From assembly GCA_013239625.1 (NCBI GenBank), contig MU054187.1, positions 4,413,757 to 4,477,756 of the forward strand: a stretch of DNA of 64,000 nt, given 5' to 3'. How positions within the stretch are numbered: position 1 is the first letter of the stretch; each line of letters opens with the position of its first letter. The DNA comes from Lama guanicoe. Taxonomy: Eukaryota. The translations under genes and the position numbers were made by a program. Under the pieces are notes generated by a model that did not search any database, was not told the DNA's origin, and saw only the letters and a program-made list of their open reading frames with translations. Shown one piece after another: positions 60,293 to 64,000 of the stretch.

Positions 60293-61849
60293 CTTCACAA
60301 TACGCACTGTGGTTCCCTCCCTATCTCTATCCCCACCCCCTGCAAATTCCCTCCCTACTCCATTCTTGGGGTGTAATATTACTCCCGAATAACAGTTTGA
60401 AGAGAAAAAAAAAGGACTGTTGTGAAAGTTTGTCATTTACTATGATAGGGTATCGTCTGTAATAAGAAAGTTGGGTTGTGGTCCAGTGGAATCCAGCATC
60501 TCGGTTTTACCATACCTACCGTGTCCGGTGAGGCGGCACCGGAGGGGTGGCTCTGCTGGGAGCCCTTCCTCCTTGGACGCCCCGATGCGATGGGAACCCC
60601 GCCCCGGGCAGATTGCACAAGGTTGCAGAGCAGTGGCTTGGTGCTCTGCACCTGTCCGGACCCCTCTGGCCTCTTCATTCTTTGCCTGAAGTGCTCCCTG
60701 TGTGGACGTGGAAAATAACCTCCGTGTCTGCAGTTGGGCTTGGAGGCTCAGTTGGGGAAGAATCAGTTGCTGCAATCCCATAATTGTCTCTCCCTCTTCC
60801 TTCTCTTAATCTCATGAAATGCTCCGTAAATTATCTTGGTCTTAGAGCATCCTAAGCAGTCGGCAGCCTTGGAAGTAAATTATTGTTGTGGGACACAAGC
60901 AGGGCAGACCTCCCTTTGTGAGCATTCTGCCATGAGGCTGTGCGTCGTGGGAAGCCGGGAGAACTAGTTCTGACTGCTGTCGATTCTCAAGGTTGGCTCT
61001 TAAAAGACCTTCTGGGTCTAGAAGGAACTTCTTGAAAATGTAAATGTAAATTTAAACATAACAGTGTATGAATACTGAGTAGTAATTTACTATGAGGTCC
61101 CGAAGGGCCTTTTAACATTTACTAAAGGGACATTTTTCTTATCACACTAATAAAATGTTATTTATGTTTTTGCAAAGTAACAAAATCTGCACTTTTATCT
61201 TCAGATGAAACACATCTCAATTTTTTTTCAACTCCATTAAGGGAAATCTTTATATATTTCTGAGATTTTAAAAAGTAAAAATAAATTTCTTGGACACTTT
61301 ACGATTGTCTTCTCTCTTGTTCTTATAAATTCCATAGCTCTTTACTGATGAATAATGACATTTTCGATGAATCAAAAATAGGTCTATTAGCATGAACTAG
61401 AGGGTAAAATATATAATTTTTTTAAATTAAAACGTTATCTGCTGTAAGTGGTATTTTCTAACTTTTTTTCCCCCTAGGGGCTTAGAGTCACAGCAGGAGA
61501 AAATGATAATCAGTTTTAAAACGAAAAGTCATTCCATGTAGACTATGATTTGCCACAAAGCAAGCGGGCTGAAAAGGGCCTGAATGTTACTACTTTCAGG
61601 GAATAAGACAAAAGGGGAGGTTCAGTGGGCCGCCCGGGCTGCTGGCTGGAGAGGGGCCGAGTGGTACCTGTGGGTGGCATTCTGGCTGCTCATCTGGGTG
61701 TCTCTGATATTGGAAGAACTGAGGGTGGTCTGTGATGGCAACTGGTAAGTGTTTCGAGGTTGACCCTCCCAGACCTGCCTGGGTTGGAAAAATGAAGAGA
61801 CATGAGGCCTCGTCTAAGTGTGTTTAGTTTTTCCTTCATTATTTGATTT

Positions 61850-62040
61850 TATAATTATGGGCATCGCCCTTGTGCTAGGTTCTGTGCTAAGAAAGAAAGA
61901 AGGCATGGCCCTCCCTGCAGGAAGCAGTCATCACAGCGGTGCGGGGGGCAGAAGGGAGGCACCTAAACTGGGCTACTGAGGAGGGCTGCCCAGTTCTTTG
62001 GAGGGGCGATGGGAAGGCTTCAGGAGGAAGGCAGTACTGC
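61850..62040 (-). mobile_element. L2 fragment
   Basis: ccttgtgctaggttctgtgctaag...ggcatggccctccctgcaggaagcagtca...gaggcacctaaactgg...gggaaggcttcaggaggaagg. Confidence 0.65.
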
Positions 62041-62093
62041 TCGATCCACAGCTTTCTGATCCCCACCCACCTTGCACCACATGCACCACTCTT

Positions 62094-62615
62094 TCTTTTT
62101 CATTGAAGTGCAGTTGATTTACAGCGTTGTGTCAGTCTCAGGTGTATAGCAAAGTGATTCAGTTATACATATGTGTTCTTTTTCAGAGTCTTTTCCATTA
62201 TAGGTTATTACAAGATATTGAATATATTCCTTGTGCTCTACAGTAGGCCCTTGTTGTTTATCTATCTGATGTATATAGTAGTGTGCATCTGTTAATCCCA
62301 AGCTCCTAATTTATCCCCCTGTCTTTCCTTTTAGGGAACTGTTAAGTTTGTTATCTATGTCTGTGAGTCTGTTTCTGTTTTGTTTGGGGTTTTTTGTTTG
62401 TTTCTGTTTTGTAAATAAGTTCATTTGTATCTTTTTTTTTTAGATGCCATGTATAAGTGATATCATATGATATTTTCCTTTCTCTGTCTGACTTACTTCA
62501 CTTAGTGTGATGATCTCCAGGTCCATCCATGTTGCTGCAGTGGCATTATTTCATTCTTTTTTATGGCTGAGTAGTATTCCATTGTGTATACACAGCACAG
62601 CTTTATTTAGTCATC
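62094..62615 (-). mobile_element. L1 3' end (cetartiodactyl type), 5'-truncated, with 17-bp TSD
   Basis: ttcattgaagtgcagttgatttacagcgttgtgtcagtctcaggtgtatagcaaagtgattcagtt...ttatggctgagtagtattccattgtg; TSD ccacatgcaccactctt (62077-62093) / ccacatgcattactctt (62616-62632). Confidence 0.92.
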
Positions 62616-63699
62616 CCACATGCATTACTCTTAATGTCAAGTAGGAGTCAGTGTGGACCACAGACCTGGTCCTTATGTTATATTGACTTTCAGTTGCCCT
62701 TGCCGTCTTATTTGTGATCTGTAATAAGTGTCAAAAGTATAAACTGTCATGTCTTTTCTTCCTGCTACTAACCCTTTCAGAATACGCAGTAGATTGTTGC
62801 ATAGAAGTATTTTTATTTTAATAGATTTATATGACATGGAATTTAGAAAAAAATTTTAATGTATCTGCTAATTTAAAAATGAATCTTGAAGGAATCACAA
62901 AATACCTTCATTACCGTTGTGCTCTTGAGTAATTTAGGGTTGGCTTTTGGAACTGCTTCACTGCCAGGAATTATCATTTGTTGCTGATGCCTGTTGACTC
63001 CTTTATTTATTTAATAGGCTCTTTTATTTATTTAAGTCGTTTATTTTGTACACGCTCATTAAAGACAAGCTTGTAAAACCTGGGCTTGGAATGTAGCACT
63101 TGGATGTCACCTTGCTGTGATTAAGGCCTTCTGCCCCCCTCATATATTTGATTGACTCTAGACATGTTAAATCTTGCTGGATTTGGAGGGGGAGTCTGCG
63201 TTAAGGGTCTTACACTTGCGTGAGATCTTGCCACCAGTGAAGTGTCTACTTGGAAGCAGAGCCAGCCCCACAGCTCTGATACTTTGGGACCTGCAGTCAG
63301 AGCGCTTCCTGATTCTCGTGTGTTCTGCCCTCTCAGGCTTGCAGACGTACTTTTGCACAGCCGGTCAGAAGGGCAGCCTTTGCGTTTCTCCCCTCTGTCC
63401 TCACCCCGCCCCGCCCCGCTGGGTCGGAAGCGTTCTGCTCAGAGCTGACTGCGGATCCTGCAGTCCCGACCCTGCCGGCCCCCCGCCTCTGACTGTCTCC
63501 TCCTGCCTCCTTTTCTACCCACTTCTGAGTCGTGATTCTCCAAGGCTCTGCCCTTCCTCAGCCTCCCGTCTTCTGCTTTCTATTGGCGGGTTCATCTGTG
63601 GCCACAGACTCAGCCGCCCTCCTGCATCCCCCCGCACCCCCTGCTCCGGCCGCACCGGCCTCCTGTGCCCTTCTGCTCCGGCCCCGGCTGCCCCCAGTG

Positions 63700-63915
63700 A
63701 GGCCCAGGGCTTGTTCCCTCACTGCCTTCAGGGGGTTGCTCAGATATCCCCAGCTGCCATTTGAGTGGGACAGTCTGAGACAGCATTGCTGGCATTTAGT
63801 GCCCCCTCTCTGGAATGTGAACTCCGAGCTCGGAGATTAGGTCTTACCCACAGAGCCCAGAACAGAACTTGTCCACGGGAAGTACTCAGTCGGCCCTAGA
63901 CAATGGATGAATGAG
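63700..63915 (+). mobile_element. L2 3' end
   Basis: ctggaatgtgaactccgag...cacagagcccagaacagaacttgtccacgggaagtactcagt...atggatgaatga. Confidence 0.7.
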
Positions 63916-64000
63916 CCAGAGAGTGATGGAAGGACCACAGGCGTGGCAGTGGGGCAGTGCCCCGGGGCAGTCAGGAGCTCTGGCCCAGCCAGCTGGGTGG

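Noticed and set aside
63174..63764. 196-aa ORF, and similar 130-160 aa ORFs near 7287, 9325, 25787, 32315, 55280 and 56031
   Set aside because: GC-rich chance ORFs, several overlapping L2/MIR remnants; no recognisable domain or exon-like boundaries.
63798..63814. CTCF-like tagtgccccctctctgg
   Set aside because: Only half of the motif matches, and it lies within an L2 remnant.
1..64000. Host gene identity or a novel multi-gene system
   Set aside because: No coding exon was recognised, so naming a gene or system would be guesswork. BLAT of unique blocks (for example 58380-59000) against annotated mammalian genomes would settle it.

Overview
Mammalian non-coding genomic DNA, most likely from a camelid (alpaca/llama/camel). 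It carries two tRNA-derived SINEs with the Vic-1-type head GGGGAGGGTATAGCTCAGTGGTAGAG and several cetartiodactyl-type L1 3' tails; I saw no Alu, Bov-A/BovB, PRE-1 or SINEC. I found no supportable protein-coding exon: the ORF track is explained by chance ORFs, low-complexity tracts and L1 remnants. The window looks like part of a very large intron, probably transcribed on + (qualitative excess of T runs and acceptor-like tracts on +; host gene not identified). It is dense in ancient repeats (MIR, L2, L3/CR1, L1M, MLT1/MLT2, MER33, MER58A, MER5A, MER104) and has one ERV1-class solo LTR. The best observations are (1) a near-perfect 35-bp-stem hairpin formed by an inverted duplication of an L2 tail (1282-1410), with the geometry of L2-derived miRNA precursors; (2) local patches where old repeats are strongly shifted A/T to G/C into CpG islets, consistent with GC-biased gene conversion; (3) a young L1 insertion with a doubled 3' tail inside one TSD pair; and (4) a ~158-bp tandem duplication overlapping a SINE tail. 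I do not see evidence for a new multi-gene system. Repeat family names come from recalled consensus sequences, not a database run, and boundaries of old repeats are approximate.
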